NCBI GenBank assembly: GCA_002633005.1
Contig: NMRA01000129.1
Location: 810,570 to 874,569 of the forward strand
From: Phoronis australis
Lineage: Eukaryota; Animalia; Phoronida
Reading direction: 5' to 3'
DNA length: 64,000 bases
Shown here: positions 50,201-62,162 of the stretch, in pieces
Layout: each line of letters starts with the position of its first letter
Numbering within the stretch: position 1 is the stretch's first letter
Notes under the pieces: generated by a model
What the model saw: the letters and a program-made list of their open reading frames with translations, nothing else
Told to the model about the DNA's origin: nothing
The model's database searches: none
Position numbers and translations under genes: made by a program

Positions 50201-53200
50201 CCTGTACAATTTCATAATGATCTTTAAAGCGTTTTGGCGGATAAAGATGTGAATGTCAAATTAAATTAGATGTAAATAATAAAAATGGTCGCTTCGGGAA
50301 GCAGATTTCGTAGAATCTACCTAATGAGAAGGGGTCGTCGACTCTATCATAGAAACTTACTTGCCAAGTTTCATAAACATCCATCAATTCAAAGAGCTTG
50401 GTAGATAAGAGGCAAACAAAAAAAATTAAAATTGCCACTAGGGGCACAGTAGTAATCAGATCTATCCGAAACATGTATGCAAAATTTCAGGAATGGAGAC
50501 ACAGCAGCGAACTCTGGATGGATGGAGACGATGACATAATGCGCCCACATCCAATAATTTGGAGCACTGAAGGAACATGAGAATCAGGGATTTGATTTTT
50601 GTAAAATCAAATACTAAGCCAATCTTACATTTGTGGTACTTCTATGGCTAGATGTCTTACTGCTGCTTGTATGAAAATGTTCTGTCACTTCCTGGACGAA
50701 TTGAAATTTTTATCAACTTCCACATTTAACTATTGCGCTGTTGATTTTGGTTGGGTTTGCTTGAATTTTTAATGTTTTTTCTCAAATCTGTGACTCCAAT
50801 GGAGGAGAATATGTGAATTAATTTGTAACGAGTGGGGAGGGGGGGAAATGGTGGTGCCCAATGAAAAGACTCAAGCAGTCAAATTTTTTATCTCTTTAGA
50901 TGTACACACTGGTATTATTAAGCAACAGATTTCTAGAATTTGGTTATGTTTTTTTTACTGAAAGACACCTGTGTCGTACAAGGGAATTCTGGATTCTAAG
51001 CCAGATAAGTTTTCTCACAACAGCATCAAGTTCTTTGGAAAGAAGATGCACCATTTCGCTAAAAGGGGGCACTGATGTTTGGACATAGTATATGGTTAGT
51101 TAACATTATTTGATTAGATTTTAAAGAGGCGTTAATGTAATTCGTGCACAGTCTACGGACTAAACGACAAACAAACCTCAGCATCTTCGTCATGTAAATA
51201 TGGCTGAGCATCAAACGATTCCTTGAGGTCTGATGGTTTATCTGTATCAAGTCTGTAACAAACAAAACAGCCAGTTAATAATCTATGTACACAACCTGAC
51301 AATTAACTGATCTCAGTGACACTTATGACTGACCTGAAATGTATGAAAATAGTTGTAGAACTATTTAAGGATCCATTCAAGTTTGATAGAGTTGCCAAGG
51401 AAACCTGTGTTGTATTTCCTGTCACACAACGTGTTCCTAGGCTATACCAACCAGGAATGCACAGTTCTGAATTGATTACTCAAAGATGGCAAATTAAGAA
51501 CAACATTATCAAAGAAAGCCAAATGCACCTCTTTCAGTCATTTCTCCCAACAATTTAAACAGATAAAAAGATTTGTTCCCGATGCCTTGCTATGACTGTT
51601 ACTACTTAAAAACAAACATTTTAAGTTAAATTTACAAATGTAACTTCATATTCACAAAACAAATAGAATTTTGCCAGACATAGGTACAAAATGTCAGTGC
51701 TTGAAAAGTCCTGGCCTTCATCTCCACTGGTTACACGAGTTTTCGCCAATTTCATTCACAAGAGACGGATTTTCTCATGTACTGCAATTCAGTGGCCATT
51801 ATCTAGACAATGAATACAACAGATTTACGACCCAGAAATTTGCCAAAGAATGTTCTCATCAGTCAGAACGATCCCTGCGGGCACACGCCCCTAGATAAAT
51901 ATAAATGTTACTAAATTTTCAAGCACTGTGTATACAAGAGACTAGATTTCATATTGAGCTATAACAATTACATTTCTCTTGCCAATGCTGACCATCCATG
52001 GATCGCCTTGAACTTCCCCGTGTAGGACGCGTATTTACTCTTGAACTCGTTGGGGAGTTGAAAGAAGTTGGCATTGAGTCTGTTGACTTTAGAAACCTTA
52101 AAATGGTTGAAAGCAGTTCAGACTTGATACAATACATCATATAGCCATAAACAATACATCATCTGGCAATAAACAATACAATCAATGAGTACAGTGGTTT
52201 TTTTAATGTAGAACACCACCAGGCAAAAAGGTAGAATTCAATTTTGTCTAATGTTTCTAAATAATAAGTAAAAAGAAAGTTTCGCCTATATTTATTTCCA
52301 GATTTTGAACTGTACGTCTGACACCCACACAAATTGAATGGTAACATTTTGTGCATTTGAAGTCTTTACAAAATAGGAATGAGACTTTGCAATATTTAAA
52401 CACCGTCACTACAAAACTGATCTCAACCCTAGACTTCTGGGCTACGAAATTTCTCTGCTTATTTAGAACAAAACAATTGCCGAAATGGTCATTTTCCTCT
52501 TTTCAAAAGCTGCAAATAATTAGAATGTCAGCAAATATTTATGACATCTACACACTACAATCCATGTTTGTAATAGACAAAGATGTTCTTACTATTCGTT
52601 GAGAAATTTAATAAACTATAATTTCACTTGTCGGCCATATTGTGCGGTAAATAAGTGAGGAAATATGATGATGCTTGAGACCATGTGACAAGCCAACTTG
52701 ACCAGTCTGGTCTCAACCAATAAAACCCATTTTGTATTTAATGGGGAGGTTTTTAACAAAATTGATGGTATAGCAATGGGTTCATCTTTGGCTCCATATT
52801 ACCTGGCATGTTTTTAGGTCATCATGAGAAAACATGGATTGAGACGTACACTGGTCCTCATGTCTATTTCTATCGACGATATGTAGATGATGTGTTTTGT
52901 ATCTTTGAAAGTCAGCAGTCAGCCCAGGAATTTTTGGTGTATTAAACTCGAGGCATCCTAACTTGAAATTCAGTGTAGAATTAGAGGTCAATAACATTTT
53001 GCCATTTCTGGACGTGTTAGTGGAGCGTGAGGGTACCTCAGTGATAACATCAGTATTTCATAAGAAGACCTACACAGGACTGTACAGTTGTTTTCATACC
53101 TTCACATCCTTTGTTTATAAAGTAGGTCTCATTAAAACTCTAATAGACAGGGTATATCGCATTAAAAACATTTGGGCTAGATTTGATTCTAATATTAAAA

Positions 53201-56200
53201 AACTCACAACGAATTTGCAAAAGAATGGCTATTCCCTAGAATTAGTCAATAGAGTACTGAAAGCAAGGCTCCAACGTAACCCTGATATTCATCCTGTAGA
53301 CAAAACTAACTACAAGTACTTTAAAATACCCTATGTTACGTTTTACGCCAAGATTGCTCAACAAAAACTTAACAAATTGGTGAATTATTACTGTGTTAAC
53401 TTAGAAGTTGTATTGACATTCAATTCTCTAAAACTGTCAAATTTATTTAACCCTAAGGACAAAATTCCTATGGGTCTACGGTCCAGGGTAGTTTACAAAT
53501 TTATCTGTGCTGGATGTGACTCCAGTTACATGGGCGAAACTGTTCGCCATTTGAAAACCAGTACCAGGGAACATCTAAATTGTGACAGAGGTTCACAGGT
53601 AAATACTCATCTACAGAGCTCCAATCATAAGTCTCTTTTAGACATCAAGTTTTGGCCCAGCACAACTGACACGGAGCAAACTGACCCGTGTCAAGCGGCC
53701 GTTTACATACACAACTCACTAACTGTGGCAAGACGGAAATTGCAGGCTGGAGAGACTGGATCACACAAGCGCAGGTTTACGAGAGTTGCAGAGACAAAGA
53801 ACACGTACAAAGGTCATTAGGCAAGCGCAGTAGAGATGATCCTTTCCGTTTTGCCCCAGTTTCGCGTTTAGACATATAACTGACACGGAGCAAGATGTTC
53901 TAGCGCAAATTGCTCTACCTCACAAACGGGTGGCAAAATTTGTTACCGCGGAGTCAGTTTGCTCTGTGTCAGTCCCATTTACACACTGGAACAACTGGTT
54001 CGGTGTCAGCTGATCCTGTCAACTTTTAAAGTGTAAATGGCACTACTGTTATCAGCAATGCTCTTTCAATGACTTTGAAATAGACCAAGCAGAAACAACA
54101 AAGGAACTTAAAATTGGTGAGGATCTACCCATCAGTTGGTGCAAGCCCAATCTGAATAGGCAACTGGCACACCACAGGTTGCCATTGTTGGTCTAGTTTA
54201 TTGTCACTCCCTGTAACTGACTGTGTCTGTGTTTCATCACTTGTTGCTGGGCCTAGCTAGGTGGCCACTATATTCTCTCTTCCGATGACGGTGTTTGAAT
54301 AAATGACACCGAAACATGTCAAGTCGATTTAAAACCATAGTTGTTTATATCAATAACAAACTCCAAGTTCGTTTTAAGCCCTGAAATCGTTCCTAATCTG
54401 ACTAAAGAACAATTTGAGACGAATTTCATTATAGTGACAGGGTCCAAACCAAGAGTTAGTTTATAGCCGGTCTGAAAAGGAAAATTATTAAGGTGTTTTT
54501 AGTTGATTTGGTACATTCAACTTAAAATTTTACTCAGTTTCTACAAAAATATATTTAAAGTTTCATCAATTCCAAAACAGGAATTGAAACCATGAGCAGA
54601 TTTGATACATATCAGCATAGCCAGCTGATATGTGTTCTATTCCTTAGAACTGTGGACTGTGCTCAAAGCACAATTTGGCCACTGATTTTCAGCCCCTAAG
54701 CTGCCACGCGCATAAATTCAATATGCATCTTGTTTACTTTAATTGTGCTCTTTGATGCAAGGATGCAACCAGCTCAACACGACATGTAAATAACATCTTG
54801 GTCCTAGCCGCTAATCAAACCTGCGACCCCTGGCTCAACATCTCAACCAATCGGCACTTCCCAAAGGCCAAGTGAATAAGGATAATGAGTCTACTAGAAG
54901 TCACCTTGCAATGTCTCCACATTATGAGCACTCTTCAATAAGAGTTAGAAAGCTCAAATCTCTTGCTCTTCACTAATTAGCCTAATCATTAACTCTGCAG
55001 AGCTGCCTCACAACTAGAAACTCCAATACAAAATAGACTTACACATGTATCAAGGGTACAATGTTTGAAACAACTATGAAGCAACAAACAATATAAATCA
55101 CAATTTTTGGTTAATTTTGAATTGACAAACACCACAATTATTTTTGCAAAATTTATAAATTTCAACGGAAAGTTCTCCCAAAATGCATGTTAAAAGAAAC
55201 AAGACTTGACTTTAAAAAGGCTAACTAAGTTACACAGATCACATTGCAACCACTCATACAAGATCATAAGACTGAGCAAAACAAGCTCTTGGAATTTACC
55301 AGCAGCAAAATATTCAGCTAACATGTCATTTTTTTAAGAAAAGGAGTTGAAAAATTACTCGAATGATGAGAATGATGAGGTGTCTAAACATTTCATATTG
55401 TATGGTTTAGTTAATTCATCACTCATAAAGTCACATGTCTAGCCATGCTCATGCCTATAGCTATCAACAAAAGATGAAAAATGAATATTTCAAAGTATTA
55501 CAAGAATTTCACTGCATCAGAATTTCATCATATCGGGAGAAATTGGCTGGAGAGTGCATAAATCTCCCAATTAGGAGAATTTTTTTCACATACAGTTATT
55601 TGAAAATTGTTATCCCAGAAACATTGATTAGGCATCGTGACAGTCGGTACTAGTATGGTACTAGTAGTACGGGTCGGTACTTACGGTAGTACGGGTCGGT
55701 ACTTACGGTAGTACGGGTCGGTACTTACGGTAGTACGGGTCGGTACTTACGGTAGTACCCAGTAGGTCCATTTTGCTTCCAGTTACATCTGCTGAATCTG
55801 GTTTGTGCCATTAGAAAATCTATTTTGCAACTGCATTCCCTGAAATATTGTGAAATGGCCCACGACTCCCAAGAATTCTACTAAAGTACGATGTTGAAAA
55901 GCTTTTCAATGCTGAAATATTTTTGTTAATACTGCCAGACAGTAAAATACACATCCGAATTTCCCCTCCAAATACACTGACCAGAAGCTGAGATCAGCAT
56001 ATAAAGTAAGTGGTGCCTCTGCTGGGAATTTCATAAGTAAATATTGGAGTTAGCGAATCTTTTATCTGTTGTCTATGATCTATGCAGACAGGTCCCATGT
56101 CTGAACTACCTCCTCTAAGTCTGGCTGGCAGACAAGTAAGCAATGGAACATCTTAATTAATATTGTACACCAAAAGACTTTTGGCAAATTACGCTAAGCT

Positions 56201-57243
56201 CTGGCTATCAAAGTCACATTCTCCTTTCAAGTGTAGCTGGCAGCTGGCGTCTCTAAATCCTAATACAGCTCAAGCAAATACTCCTCCAATCAACATTTTT
56301 TAAAAATAGTCCTTCGTTCCCTCCAATAAAATCATGAACTTTAGTCATTTCTGTTATGAATGCCTCATTATGCATATAGTATATAACTTGCTTCTTGTCA
56401 CATCAAGGTCCACCTCAATGACCTCCGGAGTGTGCCAATTGATCACTGACGCTAGTGCTTGAAACTCTCGAACCAAAGTTGCTACTTTGGTACCTGAGCA
56501 AAATGTCATTTGTCAACAATTTCGAAAAAAAGAGACAAATCGGAAAGAAATCTAAGTAATTACCAAACCAGTTGTTCAAGTTGGAAGGATATCAACGGCC
56601 ACCAAAGGTGATCTTCTATGCTCAAACAGTTCTTAGCAACATAACTTTGAGGGTTTTGAGATATTACTTTCACTCCTAGTTCAGATGTAAGTACTGTCTT
56701 TGTACGTTTCCGTTTGACTAAGTCTTAAAAACACTGGCTGCAATGCCATATTATTCAGTCTTAAATTTTGTTGATGGAATGAAAGACTATTGAAATAAAA
56801 ATGTTGATTACTGCAGTATTTGTTCGAGTTAGAAGGATCGATTAAGACTCCAAGTCCAACTGCTTCAAAGGTGACTTCGACAGTTTAGGCTTAGCTACTC
56901 CATAGGCTTGGGTGAAATTCGTTCCTTTAATCGCCCTAACTTCACCAAAAGGTGTTTTCCCCAGTTTGATAACCTGCTTCTGCTGGACATGAGAGTATGG
57001 CAATCCACGGACAGTGACCGTGAACCGTCTCTCGCCTCTGACCGAGTCTGACCCGGTTGTCGATTCCCACTCGTGCCTCACCTCGTCATCAGCTACACCA
57101 TGGCCGCTCAAATACATAAACCCCCATGTACTAAGAGCGTCATGAACTTCTTCAGCAAGTTTTTCGACGTCCTGACTCGATGCTGAAGAGGTGTCATCTA
57201 CATTTAACCCGTAACATGAAAAATCTATCAGTGGTAAGGACAT
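44076..57243 (-). CDS. 2-oxoglutarate/Fe(II)-dependent dioxygenase (IPNS-like, DIOX_N + 2OG-FeII_Oxy), 8 exons, 324 aa
   Basis: complement(join(44076-44270,45899-46012,47632-47720,49106-49199,49686-49805,51177-51252,51972-52096,57082-57243)) = 975 nt, phase-consistent; LPLIDFS, WGFMYL..HGV, DLKESF, LRSIYYPP, EHTDYGSLTILFQD..GGLE, VNIGDLMERWT, HRV, RQSIAFF. Confidence 0.95.
44853..45047. repeat. 38-bp minisatellite, ~5 copies
   Basis: Unit tttacatgtcaccacattacatgagatattactgagtg. Confidence 0.95.
45899..46012 (-). CDS. 2OG dioxygenase exon 7 (VFCKKTEEYISAKPIPGCVLVNIGDLMERWTANQLVAT)
   Basis: ttttag/gtaagt; VNIGD.M.RWT. Confidence 0.95.
47632..47720 (-). CDS. 2OG dioxygenase exon 6 (EVQPGQQRCAEHTDYGSLTILFQDDIGGLE)
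   Basis: tttcag/gtacag; Fe-binding HxD. Confidence 0.95.
48096..48141 (-). ncRNA. minimal type I hammerhead ribozyme motif (inverted copy)
   Basis: ACUC-CUGAGGA-U-GGUGUU(loop)GAUACC-GAAA-CAUGUC-AAGU; core intact, one stem I mismatch. Confidence 0.68.
48503..48548 (+). ncRNA. minimal type I hammerhead ribozyme motif
   Basis: ACUU-CUGAGGA-U-GGUGUU(gaauaaau)GACAUC-GAAA-CAUGUC-AAGU; core intact, predicted cleavage after GUC (48544). Confidence 0.75.
49106..49199 (-). CDS. 2OG dioxygenase exon 5 (DKGFFSKCHKNMSYGGNYTDLRSIYYPPILS)
   Basis: cttgcag/gtaagt; LR..YYPP motif. Confidence 0.9.
49686..49805 (-). CDS. 2OG dioxygenase exon 4 (IWPDHQAIPNYKE...IAIGLNLE)
   Basis: ttacag/gtaggt; WP...P.Y and LALRIL..IA.GL.L. 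Confidence 0.9.
51177..51252 (-). CDS. 2OG dioxygenase exon 3 (LDTDKPSDLKESFDAQPYLHDEDAE)
   Basis: ttacag/gtttgt; DLKE.F motif. Confidence 0.88.
51972..52096 (-). CDS. 2OG dioxygenase exon 2 (VSKVNRLNANFFQLPNEFKSKY...IHGWSALARE)
   Basis: ttttaag/gtaatt; FF.LP.E.K.KY motif. Confidence 0.9.
53629..54046. mobile_element. MITE-like insertion nested in the Penelope-like endonuclease
   Basis: Splits ...TCCAATCAT|TGTTATCAG..., which is contiguous in the 48 kb copy; internal ACTGACACGGAGCAA repeats in both orientations; degenerate TIRs. Confidence 0.75.
54278..54324 (+). ncRNA. hammerhead ribozyme motif with core mutation (CCGAUGA)
   Basis: CUU-CCGAUGA-C-GGUGUU(loop)GACACC-GAAA-CAUGUC-AAG at the 3' end of the Penelope-like element. 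Confidence 0.55.
55664..55758. repeat. 22-bp minisatellite, ~4 copies
   Basis: Unit gtagtacgggtcggtacttacg. Confidence 0.95.
57082..57243 (-). CDS. 2OG dioxygenase exon 1 (MSLPLIDFS...WGFMYLSGHGVADDE)
   Basis: ATG at 57243; donor GAG/gtgagg. Confidence 0.9.
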
Positions 57244-58890
57244 GACTGTCTCCACGGCTATTTCTTCAAAAACCGGATGTGCACACAAAGCGGCACCTAG
57301 TTTCAGAAGAGAAAATTACAAAACTAGCCTATGCCACTGCCGTGTGTCTTAGTGTGTCAAGACGATTGTTCGCCAGCACCGGGTCTAAAAATTTTCAGAC
57401 CCTTATCATAAACAATATCTACTACAATAAGCACCAGGCTGACAGACTCATCAAACCCTTACTCCAAAACCACACATGAATGGATGGAACTACTTTTGAC
57501 CAGCGGCATCAGTTTAATAAACAATTTAGGGAATAAAAACCAAAAGGACAGTTTATAACCAAGCTTTTTGTGGTAAATGCAAACACCGGGGATTATATAG
57601 ATGAACCAGTGAGACAACTGAAAACACGAAATACCAGTTTAAACATATACTCAGAATTGCATTACTATTTATACAAATGTTAAACAAAGCATTGCACATG
57701 GAAAAATTTCAAAACCTACAGATTAAATTAGGACTCGAGAAAGTCCAAGAAATGACAGCAAAATTTAATACCGCTCGTAGTTCTAACAACTAAGCTTGTA
57801 TAAAAAAAACAATCTCCGTTCCTTCAAAATTTGTTTATACAAGAAATAGAGGCGAACAACTAATGAGACACGATTTGAAACAAAGTCTCAGGAACTTAAT
57901 TGTAACTTAAAAACGTTAACATTCATCAGAGGTAATTGCAAACAATGGTAAAAATAACATGGATGCAGAAGAACGGTACTTGTATTTCACTTATTTAATT
58001 AGAAGTATAGTGGTCTAGAACAGAACATGACAAATTTATGTAGAATAGGAACGATGTACACACACTGTTGGATGCACATATATTTTAGCACAGCCAATGG
58101 ATGTTCAGTAGACGCAATTTTCAACCGAAAATGTCATTAGTCTTTGGCCAAATGTATATTGGAATTGTTTTTGAATTTTCACTTGCTTTCTTAAATAAGC
58201 ACATTTATTCACTGGATGTGAAATATTTCCAACCCCACACAGTTAACAACGCTAATTTGTTTTTTAAGGTGTAAATGCTTAAACATTATACAACAAATTG
58301 TCTTGCTCAACGAAATTCTGGTCGCTTTCGTGAGGTGACGCTGTCAATTTCTGCTCAAATTTGATTAAAGTTTGACTTAGGCTAGAAAGCAAGTATAATA
58401 TTATTTTTATCCATACTCCCTGTAAAACAATACAGTAAATGTCGGGTAAACTGATGAATTGAGTAAATGTCCTTAATGTTTTTGTAGTGTAGAAAAACAA
58501 AACAACAGATGGCTAAATGAGCTACACAGTGACTGCAATCATAATGTATCATTCGAAATCAAAGTACACAGTGATGAGTAACAGCAGTGTCCACTGTAAC
58601 TTATGGTGTTTCTAGAATGAGTTCACGCACCATACACACACGTCAGAGTGCCTGCACAGCAAGATAATTGCACAAGGAATATAATTGTGCAGTACACACT
58701 GCGTCATGTAAACGGGAATAGCTAGAATGTGTTAAGATCACGCTTTCATTCTGCAACACTTTATTGAATCACTTGTGCCCTGACATACAGAAAGCAACTG
58801 CCACTATTTCTGCAACATATGTTAATGGTCATACTGTACTTGCAAGCAATGATTCTTCGAATGGGTAATGTGTCAAAGTCGTAGACCAAG

Positions 58891-58928
58891 TAAGTCACCC
58901 GACCAAGTTACCTTGGTCGGGTGACTTA
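58891..58928. repeat. perfect 17-bp hairpin with 4-nt loop
   Basis: taagtcacccgaccaag-ttac-cttggtcgggtgactta. Confidence 0.9.
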
Positions 58929-60885
58929 ACTAATAAATTAGCATCATCACTTGTTGACATCAATATATTGAACGTGAAAAAGACGGACAATTCCAGTAGT
59001 ACACGTCAATATAACTTTCTCTGCTATCACAGCTTAGCAGGAAATGGTGCTCGTCTTCCACAATATTGGGTCAGAAGGGACACACTCTGTTTGCCCTATC
59101 CAAATTCAAGTGCCTGCCTACTTCAATCATGAGACTGTGGCTGGAACAACGAAAACGTGCCATGGACATATTTTGTGCATGAGGTATACTCAAACTTAAA
59201 CTTTTTTGCAATTTGAATTCCTTTTTAAATTGATTATAATACACAGTTTAGGATTACTCTCAACACTTTGTCTCCATCCTTGCAAATAACAACCCCTTAT
59301 TCACTGTCTAAAAACCAGCAGAAAAGTATTTTCACAGTCACAACACCTTGATTTAACATATAATTTTAATACAAAATGAAGAGAGTTGTGCAAACTGGCA
59401 ATATTCGTCTCAGTTTGACACTTTCGACACTCGAAATGGAAATCCGAAATATTTTTGCCATTTCCGTTCTACTTTATAAACTCAAGAAAAGCCAGTAAGT
59501 GTTTATGATGATGTGCTCGACTATACTTTATTACGGTTTACGGCTTGATGACCCCAGCGTTCAAAAGCTACTCGACGGCCATCGACGGCACGCGGTACGC
59601 AAAACTTAACCTCCATCCAGTTTATATGTATTCGATAACTCAAAACTGAATTCCTTAGCGCAAGAATCAATTGAAACTTATCGCCAGTATAGTGAACTGT
59701 TTCCTAGTTTTAAATGAACACCGTCTAGTCTACATGCAAAGCCCCAAGCGCAACATAACAGTACACTTTACGTCTTCGCTCGCAACTTCCCTCCCCATCC
59801 TCAAAGGCTGAAATTGTTAGTTTGATTGACATATCATGGGAACTACACGAAGCAACGAAGTATATGATCTTAGTTATCAAGCACTCAAAGATTCGTAAAA
59901 TTAAGTAACCTATATACCTTTCCTGGTTGTAAAGAGCTAGCTGTTTCGGAGGAAAATAGCCAATTTCCAAATGAAGTCCAACAAAGGGCGTACCGAGAGC
60001 CTAAGAACAATTAGCGCACTAGCTGTAATCATTGCCGTTGAAAAGGTTTGATGTTCCAAGTATGAGAATACAATAAACGATTTCTCTGATGTGAAGCCAG
60101 AAACAAGATTCATAGCATAGTTGTAAATTATATTTGTATTACACAACCGTAAAGAACGCCGTGACTGTTGTCGAAATTAGCCGATGGCTTCTTGTGGCGC
60201 AAATCAAAGTTCTATTACAATCGATGACGGACCTAGTGAGTGAGTGGCCTAGATATTAGCATTCTAAATCGACGGTTTTGCTTGAAATCAAGAAAAGTAA
60301 TAGTATATGTTTTCACTTGTAAACGATTTTTAAATACCAATTTTAGACACAGAAATACTTTCATTCCGTAATCTAAAAAGGTATCTTCATTAGAATATAA
60401 TAAAAAGTATTTATGTTTGACAAATGTCTCGAAAACCATGTTCCAGCCTCTATTTCCTGAGATAAAAAGAGAAACAGTGGACCTAGCTTTTGGCCTTTAA
60501 TTCACACTAGAAAAGGTTTACTTATTCACTAAGCCATTTTGAGGAAATCTTTTATGTAAAGTCAAAACCTACATTTTCTCAATTACCATAACTCTTACTT
60601 TAAAGGAAACAACTCCTTTGAACATTACACTTCCGGTTAATATCTCAAAAACGTCAACAGTCACCATCAATTGATGGGTATGAACATACATTTATCTCGA
60701 TATTACAATTTCTGCTTTTCAAGACTTTTAATCTTTCATATTGCTTATTAATATTAGTTGTCATAATGTCCTTCGTGAGTATTACGTCATTCAGTAGTAT
60801 CCAACGCTCGAAAATACTTAACTGAGTAAAGTTTATAACATCCAAGCTTTACTCTCGTACGTTGCCTGTGGTGTAATCCCGCAAA

Positions 60886-61448
60886 ATGGGTTTTCCCAAG
60901 GTTCTCATGACTCAGAAACGTCGCGAAGTTGCGGCCACACTATGCGTGATTTTGTACAACCTAGGGATATTTCCTGCGTTGATTGTGGTTGTAGTTGGAG
61001 TCTACATAAAAGTCGCCGTCCAGGACAGGATAACATTCTTGGCAGCATACGAGGGAGGCGCTTTTCCCTTCTCAATGGTAGCCATGGGAGTATTCTCCGT
61101 GATGGTGCATATTGTGGGTATCAAACTTTCCAATGACTTTAAAACGGTTGCAACACGCACCAAAATATATCACTTTCTTTTCCCTTTCACCATAGTATAC
61201 AGTCTCGTTTATTTCTTCGTTTTCGTATCGGGAGTTTTCAGTTTCTACGAGCTGACAAAGATTTCCACCGAGATAGAAGAAGGTTTGCAGTACGTGATGA
61301 GAAGCTACCAGACAGATGGCCAATTAAAACAAGAGATGGATATTGTACAGACTGACTTCTCCTGCTGCGGAGTCGAAGGATACATGGACTGGTTTGAAAT
61401 AGAATGGATACACCATGACTACAGACTTAACGAGCATTTACCTAAAAG
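60886..61448 (+). CDS. peripherin-2/ROM1 (RDS)-like tetraspanin, exon 1
   Basis: Three hydrophobic TM segments, then D..Q..F.CCG..GY.DWF.I.W; donor AG/gtgagg, phase 2. Confidence 0.88.
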
Positions 61449-61924
61449 GTGAGGATGACTGGCTATGTACCACTTGTTGATTCTTTTTGAGACATCAAAC
61501 CAGGGACAGAAACTTTTCCAGTCTTTTAGCGAAAGTACCAGTCTGTCGCTAATCTGATTTAAGGGACCAAAGGGTCCGCCACCCCTCTAGAAACCATACG
61601 CCGCTTTGAGGTTACGAGAAAATGTTATGCTGCCTTCGAAAATCTTGGTCGGGACTTCCTTACGCCATTTAGATCATCCAGTAAGAGATGGATCATGTTC
61701 ACTAATTCAGCTCTATTTCTTTCTCGGTAGCAGGATTTAATGAATTTTGCCTTGGACGGACGAAGGAGAGGAATCAGCGTTGTCACGCATTTTTTGGTTC
61801 CATGTAAAGTGTGTACTAAGGCTGGGCTGTATGTGATTAAAGGAGTGCCCCGTGCTCATGTATGCCCATGACCCAAGCAACCTGCGCGCTCCGACCACAT
61901 TCTGGTTTTCTTTGGTTATTGCAG

Positions 61925-62162
61925 TGTGCAAACGAAGAAGGCACTGTTGACCGATAGCGTGCCGTTCAGTTGTTGTAACCCTATGTCTCTGCGACCATGC
62001 GTTCACAACCATGTACTTGACAACACGAGGCATTACGCGTATGACTACAGGCTTCACACCACGCTACACGCGTTTGGCTGCAAACAACAGCTGATGACAT
62101 ATTTTGGAAGCGCGTTGGTCAAATATGTTGGGTTAGCCAATATGATTTTATCCTTTTTCCAG
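61925..62162 (+). CDS. peripherin-2/ROM1-like tetraspanin, exon 2; final exon not found in window
   Basis: ttgcag/gtgcgt; DSVPFSCCNPMSLRPC matches the RDS-family VPFSCCNP.S.RPC motif, followed by L...GC...L..Y. Confidence 0.88.

Larger units (their letters stand above)
52690..54345 (+). mobile_element. 5'-truncated, decayed Penelope-like retroelement (RT + GIY-YIG endonuclease)
   Basis: GIAMGS (~52767), RYVDDVF (~52877-52897), LPFLDV, VVYKF.C..C...Y.GET.R.L....EH; C-terminus ...KPNLNRQL...stop at 54196; frameshifts; left boundary approximate. Confidence 0.9.

Noticed and set aside
56842-57081. ORF extension beyond dioxygenase exon 1
   Set aside because: Read-through past a consensus donor into intron 1; homology resumes at 52096.
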